Assembly (NCBI GenBank): GCA_032718475.1
Contig: JAUCBJ010005675.1
Coordinates: forward strand, 49,186 to 113,185
Length of the DNA: 64,000 nucleotides
Reading direction: 5' to 3'
Source of the DNA: Nemertoderma westbladi
Taxonomy: Eukaryota; Animalia; Xenacoelomorpha
Shown piece by piece: positions 1 to 13,646 of this stretch; positions within the stretch are counted from its first letter, which is position 1, and each line of letters begins with the position of its first letter. Under the pieces are notes generated by a model, which was not told the origin of the DNA, did no database searches, and saw nothing but the letters and a program-made list of their open reading frames with translations. The translations under genes were made by a program, and so were the position numbers.

Positions 1-3000
1 ACAATCACACATATGTGTACATAACAACACCGCGCTAATATTAGAGTATTGTTAGTTTAGGCCTACTAGTATTATTTATATCACCCATTTTATATTATAG
101 TTATATGTTTAGCGGTGTTGCTACTGCTACTTTGAAGTCCACATTGGCTGATGTTGACGACTTCGCAGTGCGATAAATTTAGAGACTGTCAACACAAACC
201 AACAATACAACTCGACATTCACAATTCTCATTCCAGTATCTGCGCATTAATCACAAATGGTACAATATTGAATATAATAATAATAAATAAATAATACAAA
301 ATAATACATTAAAAAATAAGTGGTTGCAATAACGGAAAACGGAAGTGGTAATGCTGACAAAGTGCCCTTTAAAAGTAAGTTGTATAACTTGTTTCGCCTC
401 AGCTTAATGACTTTAAATAGGTTTTGTTATCCAAACATGGAATGTCAATGGTTCAAGAATGCAAATGTCTGACTTCCACGTTTCCTTCCAGCCTGCCAGC
501 TACCATAAAACAATATCGTGGTCGGGCTAGTCAGTTCTGCCATAGCTGTGGCCGGTAAATTTCATCCTCAGTGCCTGCAGGGTGGTACTGGGTTTTGGGC
601 GGAGCTGTTTTTTGCGTCCGAGGGAGAGGTCCATAGGGAGCGCCCCACAAAACAAAAAAATTACACAACTTTTGAAAAATTAAGTGAAGCTAATTCGACA
701 ATTAATACATTTAATTCTAAGCATCTAATGTTTCTGACTCTATTCAAGGTCCTAGTTATTGCTTATTGTTATTGGATACACATTTACTAAATGAGGTTGA
801 ATATCAAAATTTCCCACAATTTTATATATTTTCTAATTCTTCCCTTAACTTTTGTGCCCCCTGAACCAGGCGCCTGGGCCAGAACCCCCCACCCCCATAG
901 CGCCGCCTCTGGTCATAAACCCTGCTAGACATCCTGGTATACGTACAGTACAATCCCGGGATCTGCTCTCTTCTCCAGTAAGAGTCTACCGGAGACTGCC
1001 GTATTAAGCAGCACAGTGTATTGGTGGTTTTCCTCTATTTCTTCTACCAACCGTAGGTTGTATTCCACCCATCGACCCAACCTACCATATTTAATTATAT
1101 TGGTCAGTAGACATACGTAGTATAAAGTCTACGACTACGACAACAATGAAGAGGAAAGGATAGGAAGGAAGGGGCCTTCAACGACACCCCATGACTCTTA
1201 AAATGGGTCAGCATCTCCATTTATGGTAGATAGATACATATGTTATCCCTTAGGCCTCAATTAACTTAAAACATTTCGGGTGTGGGCGTGAAACAGAGGC
1301 GAAGGTCTTGAAAAACTCCACAAAGACTATAATCAGATTAATAAACAGTATATGAGTATCAATATTAATACAATACTGTTATGTAAGTAGGCTAGTGCTT
1401 TCGACATAATTTACTGAACGCATTAATATCTCGCCTCTATGTTACAGTGGCATATTATTCTATGGGAGTAGATCTCGTCGGGTCTAGGTGTAGTTGGAAT
1501 AGTCGATTACAGATAATGCCATCAGACTTTCGTCTTGGTCATTCTGACCTTCGTTATGGGATGATAAAAAACTGAACAAACAACATCATTCTGATGAAAT
1601 CCCCACACAATCAGGACGAAACAAAACAAAGGTCCGAAAAAAAAGCTCCCACTTTCATCCCTTCGTCTCATGCGACCCAATACCGTTTTTGTTTACAGGG
1701 CTGCGAGGGCGAGCACAGCAAGAAAGGACCGCTCACAATGCGTTCAAAAAACCGCAGCGCTGCTACACCGTAAAGTTTGTCATTGAACCGGGCTAACTCT
1801 AACCTTAAATCTAACCTAATTACCAGTCCTGCACACATCTCCCCCGGGCCAACTATTTAATTCCATGCGTCAGGACTCAATAGTCCCCCTATCTTATTTA
1901 GAAGCAACTGGACGTAAAGGATATATTTACGTAAGTATGCCCGAAACAAAAGTTAAACCTTAGGTCGCAGAACAATAGGTTGCTTGATTAGTTGATCAGT
2001 ACAGTAGTGTTCAGATCGTTAACAGGGCCTCTTTGCATCACTACAGCTTCTTTGGTGGTGTGCCTTTTAGTTGATAGTTAGTGGCGCAGCTTATGTAAGA
2101 ATGCGGAGATTAAAACGGCCAACCGCGGAATTATCTGGAAGTTAAGTAGACGGCGTGATACATTAATTGGGGCCAGTAGTTCGTTTTGGTTTAGAATTCG
2201 TTCAAGGCATCAATATGTTGTCTCTGATTAGTCTAACGAAGAACCTTAAAATATGCTAAGTTGACTGGAATGTGTTGTGTGTTTGTGACTTGACATGTGA
2301 CTAATCCTTCTTTGACCTCAAACATTGGTGTCTTAGAAAGAAGACGCATATATTGCTAACGAAGCCAGCAATGTGATGTTGAAGGAAACCTGGAGTAAGG
2401 ACGATTACACTTGATTATGGAGATTAAGTTACTAGCAAGGGTGTTGTACAACTACGTTGTACATGTTACGCCGAAAACGGCAAATACCATCTGCCTGGGC
2501 GAATAAACAACGTTAATTATCGGCTAATGGAAAGGAGCAGGTCATAGTGGTAGGATATTCCAACCAAAACATTAAGCGAGATTTAGAAGTAGATGTTACA
2601 GTTTAATTTTTGGACGTACATAATAACGGCTGTCGACGTTGCGTTTACACCCAGCTCTGCTGGCCCTTTGAAGCGATATGCATTAGCGTTATCATGCGTT
2701 AGCGTTATTGCTATAGTCATGAGTGTTATTAGCGATATTACTACAGTTATAATTGGGATTATACTTCGTTATTAAAACTATTAAGCTCTTTAAAATATAT
2801 AAATATTAACTTCTGTAGGGTTTCCTTTCAGTCCTGCAGGTTGCAGCTCAACTAAAAACTGTTTGTCCATTGGCTAACCACGTGCTAACCACGTTGAACG
2901 TTCACATCACTACACAGTAGAATGATATACACATAACGGGGCTTGAATTATCCCAGCATGAGGTCTAATAAATAGGCCAGTTAGCTGATGACAGTGGATG

Positions 3001-5487
3001 GGGTCCATTCAATAATATTGACAACAGATTCAAAAGTGTTAATAATACGTCACAATCACAAATCGCATTATGACAATAAGTTGATAATTCATTTACACAC
3101 ATACTGTACCTACTTTGTGCTCATAGGCCAGAAGTCGGATTCTTTCGAAAGTTCGGGCACATTCCAACAGCTTGTAACGTTCAAAAATTGGGTTAAACTT
3201 TAAAATAAAAATTGTTTGAGAATTATTTTACATAATAGTTTGATTGGTCACGCTGGTCACCAACAATATTATTTTATACGACTATGAAGGATATTATGTT
3301 TTGTACGATACATGTCCTGACTAAAATATTGTTAATAATTTCATTTTAAAGTCTGAGTGAAATACGCCGTGAAATAAAGTAAAGTCAATGATGTACTATG
3401 GGGTGCTATATATCACGGCGTGAAATAAAGTAACAGTAATCTTTTTCTTTCAGTATCATTGTACCGTATTCTACGGGCGCGGCGCTGAGGCAGGCCTAAC
3501 AGTAAGTCATTTATCGTAGATAGGCCTTCAGACAGCACAGGATACATACAGTAGGTCGTTACCGCTACCATACCATGGACTGGACTGGTTTCACTCATTA
3601 TGTCGCTGCCTACAATTAGTAGGCCTACTTATGCAGTCTGTATAGGCTGAAGAAAAGCACACGCTACATCCCTAGGGCGAGTGAGGGAGACTTGATCCCC
3701 AAAAGTTATAATCGCTCTAAAGAACGGATAAATAAATTTTTCAATGCCGTTTTAACTTTTTCACATTACATTTATGATTGCTATCATTATGTGAGAGTTT
3801 GAGAATTTCAACTCTTAAACTTTTTTAATTAAACAAATTATTCGTATTTTCGAAAAAAGCGTCACGTCTCCCTCAATGGGGGGAGACTTGACACCTAGGG
3901 TGGGAGACATGAACCCCACCTCGCATACTTGTAAATTCGTTCAAAAATGCATAACAAGTGTAATAATTACATGTTCAACATGTCTATTTTCTAGTAGAGC
4001 AGAACAATTTCAAAAAATGCGATTGTTAAATTGTTAACTTATTATCCAAAATAATAGGCTAAAAATATATATTTATAATATAATATATTACAGTATAATA
4101 TAACTATAATAAAGGCCTAGGCTTGTCATTTTACCCGCTTCCGGGTTGTTATTTTTTGGAACTGTATTATTTTCGCCTGTTATTGAATTATTTTGCTCCC
4201 CATTGCCATCCTAAAACACAAGACGCCCACATCCGCTAGCTTCGGGATATTAATAAAACGTTTATAACGTATTTCTCAATACTGGCTGTATTTATTATTT
4301 CATAATAATTTACGTCTACAGAAAAAACATATCAAGTTATTATCAAACAACTTTAAACATAGTTAGAAATAGCAAGAAATTGCGAAAAATTTAATTACAT
4401 AGATTTATAAAGACCGTGCTGCCATCAATAATATACAAAATTAACAATTAATTAATAATTGAGATAATTAAACATAAACATATAATAAACGAGGCAATAC
4501 CATATTAATCAGAGAAATTCAATAGGTTCATTTTCAATTTAATAGATTCATAGCACTTACATTGGTAGAAAATTAGTACAGTACCGGTATGTATTTAATA
4601 GAAATGAACTCTAGCACTACAGTTAGGACTACAATAAGATTAAAGGCAAGTTGGACCAGCCAGACTAACCTTTCAATAAGAGTACCTGCCTTTTTCGAAT
4701 GTTAACAAAGTTTTGAAAATCAAATCCTGATATACAGTATAATTCATAATATATATAGAGCTTACTGATTAAATTATTACCATTATTTACTATCACACAA
4801 GTTAAAATAGTACTGTATTATGATACAAAAACTAACTAGAAGATATTTTTATAGCACGAAATATACAGAGTATATAAGAATGAGAAACAGTTAGACTTTG
4901 TCTGTAATAAAAACAAATAAACAGAACCGACAAAACGTTATAAATGTAACATAAATGAAAGTAAATAGATGATTTTAATATATTTCCAATTTATATCACC
5001 CGCATTAGCAAAGAGAATGAAGGAAGGAGATAGCGATATAAAACCATTTGATAAAAATGGGCAATGCAAACAGTAAGTCATAGGTCACCTTTAAAGAGAA
5101 CATTAAAATCATTTCAGAAAATTAGAATCTAATTTTGTACTCAAATATTGCAAGAAGGGCACAGTTTCCTACTAACAACTTATGACTATAAATCACAATA
5201 TTACAAATTAGCTTGTAAAAATGATCCTTCTAAAATTATTAAAGTCTACTAATAATAAATGGTAGGAAGGGGTTTCTAATATGTTCTAGAGGTATGTGGT
5301 TAACGGTTTGTAGGTATAACCTAACCACTGTATATGTTCTAGAACTTGCAACTCTATTTGTATAAAGGGTTGTAGGAAGTAAGCATAAACACTGTCCGTT
5401 TTATCGACCATTAACACTGCACTGTCAGACAGCTCCAACCGATAAAGCTGTTGATTGGCTATTTCCAACTGTAATTTCCATTGGTTG

Positions 5488-5694
5488 CTAGGTTCTCCCA
5501 CTACCTGATTGGTTACTTCCATCCAACGAATTAAGAGACGACCTGCGCTGTGACGGATCAACCAATGAGCTGGTAGTAAAGAGTTTATACCAACCAATCG
5601 TAGGCGTTGGCAGTTTGAGATCATCCAATAGTATTTGAGCGACGCCCATGAAGACTTTACGATCCATTCTCCCATAGTCGCCCCAGACCGTGAC
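5488..5694 (-). CDS. RIMS: RIM (Rab3-interacting molecule/unc-10) last coding exon, C-terminal half of C2B domain
   Basis: Acceptor ttgtag| then VTVWGDYGRMDRKVFMGVAQILLDDLKLPTPTIGWYKLFTTSSLVDP...SGRT*, matching the RIM C2B end (VWGDYGRMD...GWYKLF); phase 0, TAG at 5488-5490. Confidence 0.95.
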   Translation of the reverse strand, partial: VTVWGDYGRMDRKVFMGVAQILLDDLKLPTPTIGWYKLFTTSSLVDPSQRRSSLNSLDGSNQSGSGRT

Positions 5695-6036
5695 CTACAA
5701 TGATAAATATAAATCCGTTAAATAAGAAATGATTACAGTAATAATCACTCGTTACTGATGGGTCATTGTTGTTGTTGATGAGTCACTTAGTTACATGACA
5801 ACACACTAAATCCAACAGTTAGTTGGCCTATTGCGTTTTTGACAAAATGAATCGCGATATACTTATACCGTGTGTGTGTAACAGCGGCAACCTCGCACAA
5901 CATTATGTCACGAGGCGTGACGTGGTTATGGTGAGGGTGTAAGAGGAAGATGCTCGGTAAAAAATAATAGAGAAATATATTCATTTATTATTAGTTATCT
6001 ATAATAATAAAAACTGAAACATTATTTATATCCAAC

Positions 6037-6303
6037 CTGTAAGACTTTCCCAGACGGGTCTATATCATTGAATATCATCTTCTGATGGTAGACTGGATCC
6101 AGAGTCTGTCTCGACACTATAGACTTCTGTTTCTCGATGCATCGCTTCCCGTCCATCACGTAGAGTTTCACGCAGGTCGCCGGCGCGGATTTCGCTCCGA
6201 GTTTCGGTTTGAGTCCGGCACCGCGTTTAACTTCGATCTCGAGTTGACCGCGACGCAGTGCTAGCTGCAGTTGGATCTTACCGAGACATGGTGAACCGAG
6301 AAC
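6037..6303 (-). CDS. RIMS: RIM exon, N-terminal half of C2B domain
   Basis: ctcag|VLGSPCLGKIQLQLALRRGQLEIEV...QTLDPVYHQKMIFNDIDPSGKVLQ|gt; 267 nt, phase 0-0. Confidence 0.95.
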
Positions 6304-6464
6304 CTGAGGACGGTAAATAGAGACGAGGTCAGTCAACCAAACAGCAGTGAAACAGAGCTGAAGATAGTCTCTCGAACGGTATCGGGTGTTACGGCAATCA
6401 GACAACCCACCCCTCAGCCAACCATAAAAAAAGTTAAAAAATCATCCTACCAGTAGATCATTAA

Positions 6465-8362
6465 CCGGATATCCGTTAACCACCAGTCGACTCATCAGTT
6501 AACCAACCAGTCGACCCACCAGTTAACCCACCAGTCGACTCACCCGTTAACCAACCAGTCGACTCACCTGTCTGCCAACCAGTCGACCCACCAGTTAACC
6601 AACCAGTCGACCCACCAGTTAACCAACCAGTCGACTCACCTGGCTGCCAACCAGTCGGCCCACCAGTTAACCAACCAGTCGACTCACCTGTCTACCAACC
6701 AGTCGACCCACCAGTTAACCAACCAGTCGAACCACCAGTTAACCAACCAGTCGACTCACCTGTCTGCCAACCAGTCGACCCACCAGTTAACCAACCAGTC
6801 GACCCACCAGTTAACCAACCAGTCGACCCACCCTTTAACCAACCAGTCGACTCACCAGTTAACCAACAAGTCGACCCACCCTTTAACCAACCAGTCGACT
6901 CACCTGTCTGCCAACCAGTCGACCCACCAGTTAACCAACCAGTCGACTCACCTGTCTGCCAACCAGTCGACCCACCCGTTAACCAACCAGTCGACTCACC
7001 TGTCTGCCAACCAGTCGAACCACCAGTTAACCAACCAGTCGACCCACCAGTTAACAAACTAGTCGACTCACCTGTCTGCCAACCAGTCGACCCACCAGTT
7101 AAATAACCAGTCGACCCACCCGGTTACCAACCAGTTGACTCACCTGTCTGCCAACCAGTCGACCCACCAGTTAACCAACCCGTCGACCCACCCGTTAACC
7201 AACTAGTTGACTCACCTGTCTGCCAACCAGTCGGCCCACCAGTTAACCAACCAGTCGACCCACCAGTTAACAAACTAGTCGACTCACCTGTCTGCCAACC
7301 AGTCGACCCACCAGTTAAATAACCAGTCGACCCACCCGGTTACCAACCAGTTGACTCACCTGTCTGCCAACCAGTCGACCCACCAGTTAACCAACCAGTC
7401 GACCCATCCGTTAACCCACCAGTCGACTCACCTGTCTGCCAACCAGTCGACCCACCAGTTAACCAACCAGTCGACCCGCCAGTTAACCAACTAGTCGACT
7501 CACCCGTCTGCCAACCAGTCGACCCACCAGTTAAATAACCAGTCGACCCACCCGGTTACCAACCAGTTGACTCACCTGTCTGCCAACCAGTCGACCCACC
7601 AGTTAACCAACCAGTCGACCCATCCGTTAACCCACCAGTCGACTCACCTGTCTGCCAACCAGTCGACCCACCAGTTAACCAACCAGTCGACCCGCCAGTT
7701 AACCAACTAGTCGACTCACCCGTCTGCCAACCAGTCGACCCACCAGTTAAATAACCAGTCGACCCACCCGGTTACCAACCAGTTGACTCACCTGTCTGCC
7801 AACCAGTCGACCCACCAGTTAACCAACCAGTCGACCCATCCGTTAACCCACCAGGTGACTCACCTGTCTGCCAACCAGTCGACCCACCAGTTAACCAACC
7901 AGTCGACCCGCCAGTTAACCAACTAGTCGACTCACCCGTTAACCAACCAGTCGACTCACCTGTCTGCCAACCAGTCGACCCACCAGTTAACCAACCAGTC
8001 GACACACCAGTTAAACAATCAGTCGACCCACCCGTTAACCAACCAGTCGACTCACCTGTCTGCCAATCAGTCGACCCACCAGTTAACCAACCAGTCGACC
8101 CGCCAGTTAACCAATCAGTCGACTCACCCGTTAACCAACCAGTCGACTCACCTGTCTGCCAACCAGTTTACCCACGAGTTGGGGAACAACCAGTCGACCC
8201 ACCCGTTAACCAACCAGTCGACTCACGTGGCTGCCAACCAGTCGACCAACCCGTTAACCAACCAGTCGACTCACCTGGCTGCCAACCAGTCGACCCACCA
8301 GTTAAATAACCAGTCGACCCACCCGTTAACCAACCAGTCGACTTACCTGTCTGCCAACCAGT
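6465..8362. repeat. 24-bp minisatellite (about 79 units, frequent 72-bp higher-order period) derived from the RIM exon 3' end and splice donor
   Basis: Units CCAACCAGTCGACTCACCTGTCTG and CCAACCAGTCGACCCACCAGTTAA; the first reads CTGGTTGGCAGACAG|GTGAGT on the minus strand, matching the exon end at 8347. Confidence 0.95.
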
Positions 8363-8564
8363 TGCCCGGGCCCCAGATCATCTATAAAGTCACCGAACTG
8401 TCCGTCTGGCCCGACTCTATACGAGGCGGCTCCCGACTGTTGCGCGTCTGAGTCAGTAGAATCCCGACTACTCCAGCTGCTCGTGGTGGCCGCCATCCTC
8501 GAACGGAGGTCAGTGACCCCAACCTCTTCGCACCGTTGAATAGAAACCCGTTTCTTTGCCTGAC
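8347..8564 (-). CDS. RIMS: RIM exon upstream of C2B
   Basis: ttgcag|(G)QAKKRVSIQRCEE...GPDGQFGDFIDDLGPGQLVGRQ|gtaagt; matches RIM QFSDFLDGLGPAQLVGRQ; phase 1-0. Confidence 0.95.
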
Positions 8565-8866
8565 CTGCAAGTAAAAATATATATGTAACAAATAAAGTTG
8601 CACCAAATATGTATAAATAAAACTATATACAAAATAAATTATTAAAACAAATAATAATTGTAGCGGCAACAAAATATATATTATAGATGTAGTTGACGCA
8701 AATATATAGAATAACTGCAGTTGGAATAAATATATAGAACGAACTGCGAAGCTGCTTCTATTCCTTAATTCATATTTTACATTATTAATTCGCCGAGATG
8801 GAATTTACATAAATTCCCTCGAAGCAACAACACCAAGCTATCATATCTACATGCATGCATACAGTA

Positions 8867-9565
8867 TACACCATCATGCCCCATAATAATAGTGTCGTAA
8901 TTCAATGACATGCCTACCAAAAGATTTACATTTCTCAACTCGATAGTATCACCTCCTTGGAGGGTGAGCCAGAATGTTTATTTACGCATTCGCATATTAA
9001 TTACAAGCGTTTGAAAAAGTGTCTCCGCCGATATTGCACCAGTTACACCGCAGTTATTCTTCAACCTTATAGTGATTTGTTGGTACTGTTGGAAATAGGC
9101 CGTTGCATGGATTCCAGAAATGTAATGAAATATGAATTTCTTGCGAAATGTGGGCGTTTGAAGTTGGGTGTGTTTGCTACCGCTGCAGGCTATATAATAT
9201 ATTTAACAAATAAAATTTAAAATGTAGCTGGGCAACAATGTAATACCTATATAATATTTATATTACGTAGGTATTCATAAATACACAAAGGAAATAGGCC
9301 GTTGCATGGATTCCAGAAATGTAATGAAATATGAATTTCTTGCGAAATGTGGGCGTTTGAAGTTGGGTGTGTTTGCTACCGCTGCAGGCTATATAATATA
9401 TTTAACAAATAAAATTTAAAATGTAGCTGGGCAACAATGTAATACCTATATAATATTTATATTACGTCGGTATTCATAAATACACAAAAATGGTTTAGAA
9501 TAAAGTTTGGTTTGGAGGAGGGGTACCGCACTGAATTACGACACTATATTCCTGAGAATGGGGTA
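8867..9565. mobile_element. Non-autonomous DNA transposon/MITE of the CACCATG-terminal family, with an internal 199-bp tandem duplication
   Basis: Degenerate TIRs (tacaccat...atagtgtcgtaattca / tgaattacgacactatattcc...tggggta); internal GGGTGAGCCAGAAT shared with copies at 31.5, 42.4 and 45.3 kb; 9091-9289 repeated at 9290-9488. Confidence 0.65.
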
Positions 9566-11187
9566 AAAGTGATAACGGAAATAACCGTTGGTTAGAGTTG
9601 CTATGCAACCAAATAAACTTGCCTTTAACGGTGAGGAGTCTAACAAAATTCAGTTTCCCCGATTTACTCATATTAACTTTTGTATTACATTATATATTCT
9701 GTTGATTTGTTTAACAACTGTGTCCTGCTAAATTTTGACACAGTTTTTATTTGAGCTATGAAAATAGGATATGATGCTGTACAAACAAAAATTAATTTTT
9801 TTTTTAAATTATACACGTGTAAGGGAGAATTTTGGATATAAATATACTTATTACTAAAAATTTGATATTTATATGAAAATGTTAGACAATCAAATATAAA
9901 AACAACTTAAATATAGCACATTGAAGTTTAATAAAATGGCCTGTATTTAATAACATGTGGGATCCATTGCATATATAAATTATTGCCAAGTCGCATCGCG
10001 TAGCCCAGAGGAACTATTATTAGCCATCGATATATAGATCGGATTCTTTGTAAACCGAATGCTAAAAGCGAAGGAGCATCCAGTTTATTGCTAGGACAAC
10101 CATGTGCTACTCTGCTATGTTTGTATAGGGTTAGTATGTCGGGTATACAAAGATGATCTCGTTTTATTGATCAACTCTGCCATGGAATTCTGTATTGTAT
10201 TCCGCAACTACACCCTAACAACACGCCACACAGAACGCAGTAAGTAAAACATAATGTATTATAGCCGATAAGTGCGAATATAATAATATGGTCTCGATCT
10301 CTCGAATGTTCACCATGGTAATGGAGACATTTAATTATTCGCTCAAAATATTGCAAAACAAAACGTGGCATGGTTACCACGCACGGCTTTGTTTATGTCT
10401 AACGGTGCTTTATGTATACGGCACGGCGTCATTCCCATCAGCTTTATATTAAGGGGGGGGGGGGGGGGGGGGGGGGATAATAAAGAATTTAAGAAAAATT
10501 GTGTGTGTGTATCTATATTGTATATTGGCTTAAAGTATAATAATAATAAACCGAATAATAATAATAATAATAAACCGAATGGTATTATCTAAAATAGCGG
10601 GAAGGTTTGAATTGTTCCTTAAACTTTAAACGCCCATATCTCACAATGACGTTTTTTCATGAAAAAGGCTATTTCTCTGCCAATTTTAAGTGAAATGAGT
10701 TGAAATTTGGTACACTTGTTAAGATTGCCCTTCTCCATACTTCTGAACAAATTTGGTTGGAAATGCCCTGGAGCCTTTTGATATCAAAAAGGCCTTAAAA
10801 ATGCCCTTTTTGGGGCCTTTTTGTTCTAAAAAGGCTCCAGAGCATTTGAGGCAAAATTTGTTCAGAAGAACTGGATACAGGTTTCTTCTGAACCTATATT
10901 GCAAATTTCGACAAATTTCAACAAATATTGGTGGAAAAATAGCCCTTGGCGCAAAAAGGCACTTTTGGCCATTACGGAGCCATTTTGGGGCCAATTTAAA
11001 AAATATTTGGTTTGGTTATTCTCACAGAGTCCAAACGATGTAGCACAAAAAATAATTTTCACCTAATTTTATGGTCCAGAGACACAAAAATGTGAGGTTC
11101 AATTTGGGGGTGCTACCCTTAAAGAAATGTTGAACATTATACAAGCAAGAAATAGAACTTGGCAAATTTAAAAGGATCAAATTTCAA

Positions 11188-12980
11188 GAGTCCTTGCCGG
11201 ATTGAGGATGGAGTCCTTGCTGGGATGAGGATGGAGTCCTTGCCGGATTGAGGATGGAGTCCTTGCTGGGATGAGGATGGAGTCATTGCTGGGATGAGGA
11301 AGGAGTCCTTGCTGGGATGAGGATGGAGTCCTTGCTGGGATGAGGATGGAGTCCTTGCTGGGATGAGGATGGAGTCCTTGCTGGATTGAGGATGGAGTCC
11401 TTGCTGGGATGAGGATGGAGTCCTTGCTGGGATGAGGATGGAGTCCTTGCTGGGATGAGGATGGAGTCCTTGCTGGGATGAGGATGGAGTCCTTGCTGGG
11501 ATGAGGATGGAGTCCTTGCTGGATTGAGGATGGAGTCCTTGCTGGGATGAGGATGGAGTCCTTGCTGGGATGAGGATGGAGTCCTTGCTGGGATGAGGAT
11601 GGAGTCCTTGCTGGGATGAGGAAGGAGTCCTTGCTGGGATGAGGATGGAGTCCTTGCCGGATTGAGGATGGAGTCCTTGCTGGGATGAGGATGGAGTCCT
11701 TGCCGGATTGAGGATGGAGTCCTTGCTGGGATGAGGATGGAGTCCTTGCTGGGATGAGGATGGAGTCCTTGCTGGGATGAGGAAGGAGTCCTTGCTGGGA
11801 TGAGGATGGAGTCCTTGCCGGATTGAGGATGGAGTCCTTGCTGGGATGAGGATGGAGTCCTTGCCGGATTGAGGATGGAGTCCTTGCTGGGATGAGGATG
11901 GAGTCCTTGCTGGGATGAGGAAGGAGTCCTTGCTGGGATGAGGATGGAGTCCTTGCTGGGATGAGGATGGAGTCCTTGCTGGGATGAGGATGGAGTCCTT
12001 GCTGGATTGAGGATGGAGTCCTTGCTGGGATGAGGATGGAGTCCTTGCTGGGATGAGGATGGAGTCCTTGCTGGGATGAGGATGGAGTCCTTGCTGGGAT
12101 GAGGATGGAGTCCTTGCTGGGATGAGGATGGAGTCCTTGCTGGATTGAGGATGGAGTCCTTGCTGGGATGAGGATGGAGTCCTTGCTGGGATGAGGATGG
12201 AGTCCTTGCTGGGATGAGGATGGAGTCCTTGCTGGGATGAGGATGGAGTCCTTGCTGGGATGAGGATGGAGTCCTTGCTGGGATGAGGATGGAGTCCTTG
12301 CTGGGATGAGGATGGAGTCCTTGCTGGGATGAGGATGGAGTCCTTGCTGGGATGAGGATGGAGTCCTTGCTGGGATGAGGATGGAGTTCTTGCTGGGTTG
12401 AGGATGGAGTCCTTGCTGGGATGAGGATGGAGTCCTTGCTGGGATGAGGATGGAGTCCTTGCTGGGATGAGGATGGAGTCCTTGCTGGATTGAGGATGGA
12501 GTCCTTGCTGGGATGAGGATGGAGTCCTTGCTGGGATGAGGATGGAGTCCTTGCTGGGATGAGGATGGAGTCCTTGCTGGGATGAGGATGGAGTTCTTGC
12601 TGGGATGAGGATGGAGTCCTTGCTGGGATGAGGATGGAGTCCTTGCTGGGATGAGGATGGAGTCCTTGCTGGATTGAGGATGGAGTCCTTGCTGGGGTGA
12701 GAATTGAGTCCTTGCTGGGATGAGGATGGAGTCCTTGCTGGGATGAGGATGGAGTCCTTGCTGGGCTGAGGAGTGAGTCCTTGCTGGGCTGAGGATGGAG
12801 TCCTTGCTGGGATGAGAATGGAGTCCTTGCTGGGATGAAGATGTAGTCCTTGCTGGGATGAGGATGGAGTCCTTGCTGGGATGAGAATGGAGTCCTTGCT
12901 GGGATGAGGATGGAGTCCTTGCTGGGGTGAGGATGGAGTCCTTGCTGGGATGAGGATGGAGTCCTTGCTGGGCTGAGGAT
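11188..12980. repeat. 23-bp minisatellite (GAGTCCTTGCTGGGATGAGGATG)n, about 78 copies
   Basis: Direct inspection; explains the three long minus-strand ORFs with a 23-aa period. Confidence 0.97.
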
Positions 12981-13044
12981 ACCAAATCTCTGGATTGATG
13001 ATTCCAAATATCTCTCTAAAAACGGCCAAGTACAGTGCCAACCC

Positions 13045-13115
13045 GCTTCTAATCAAGGAATGGTTAGAGCGTCAGACTTCCAATCTGAAGATCTCGTGTT
13101 CGATCCCACCTAGTC
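13045..13115 (+). mobile_element. tRNA-derived SINE head (degenerate)
   Basis: A-box-like TGGTTAGAGCGTCAGACT and B-box GTTCGATCCC, without a complete cloverleaf. Confidence 0.45.
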
Positions 13116-13646
13116 GTCAATGCCTATTGAAAGCTGTGCACAACGAAGGCTATAAAAACCTCTGGATGGCTTTTATACTAAAACGCGACGCGGGCTGTAT
13201 TGTGCAAGTACAATCTCCAACCAGACCTTGTTCAGCAATGGTGTTGTCTCATTGGCCCCACTAAGCTTGAAATTTGAACGGATGAATGGGGCCGCCTCCG
13301 CTTTGGAGGATATTCCTTTCGCCGTGATGACCAGCCCGTGCACGATCTGATGCCTTGGTGGAATAAACTTGGTGGACAGCCCATGACTTTCTTAAGACGC
13401 CTCTTAAAGGACACTGGCCTTGAAGATGCGGATGATCTCGCGAATGTCTTGGGGGGTAGTGAGTTGTGGGGGTGCAATTTTGACGATGAGCCTGCATAGT
13501 AATCTCAATGCAGCATGTCGATTGCAGTTTAGTAATATATATAGTGTAGTCAAAGATTAAGTTGGTTATGGCAACATGCTATAACCTGATTTCTTGCGTG
13601 CTAACATGACACGTTCGTGGGGACTTCGCGCAGCACGTAGTCGGCA

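Noticed and set aside
2200-2780. Coding-like stretch downstream of RIM
   Set aside because: Short frames broken by stops, with no recognisable motif or splice pattern; probably a decayed TE relic.
5286-5675. 129-aa minus-strand ORF
   Set aside because: Alternative frame overlapping the true last RIM exon and 3' UTR.
6692-8451. TGWLTGGS / NQSTH repeat ORFs
   Set aside because: Translations of the 24-bp satellite, not in the RIM frame and broken by stops.
10719-11062. Overlapping 66-96 aa ORFs
   Set aside because: Lie within a repeat-like segment and show no protein-family signature.
11137-13056. Three overlapping 574-639 aa ORFs
   Set aside because: Artefact of a stop-free 23-bp satellite read in all three frames; no unique coding content.
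13045-13115. Possible tRNA genes (also at 25915, 26285, 33240, 39815)
   Set aside because: Only A/B-box remnants without a full cloverleaf; treated as SINE heads.
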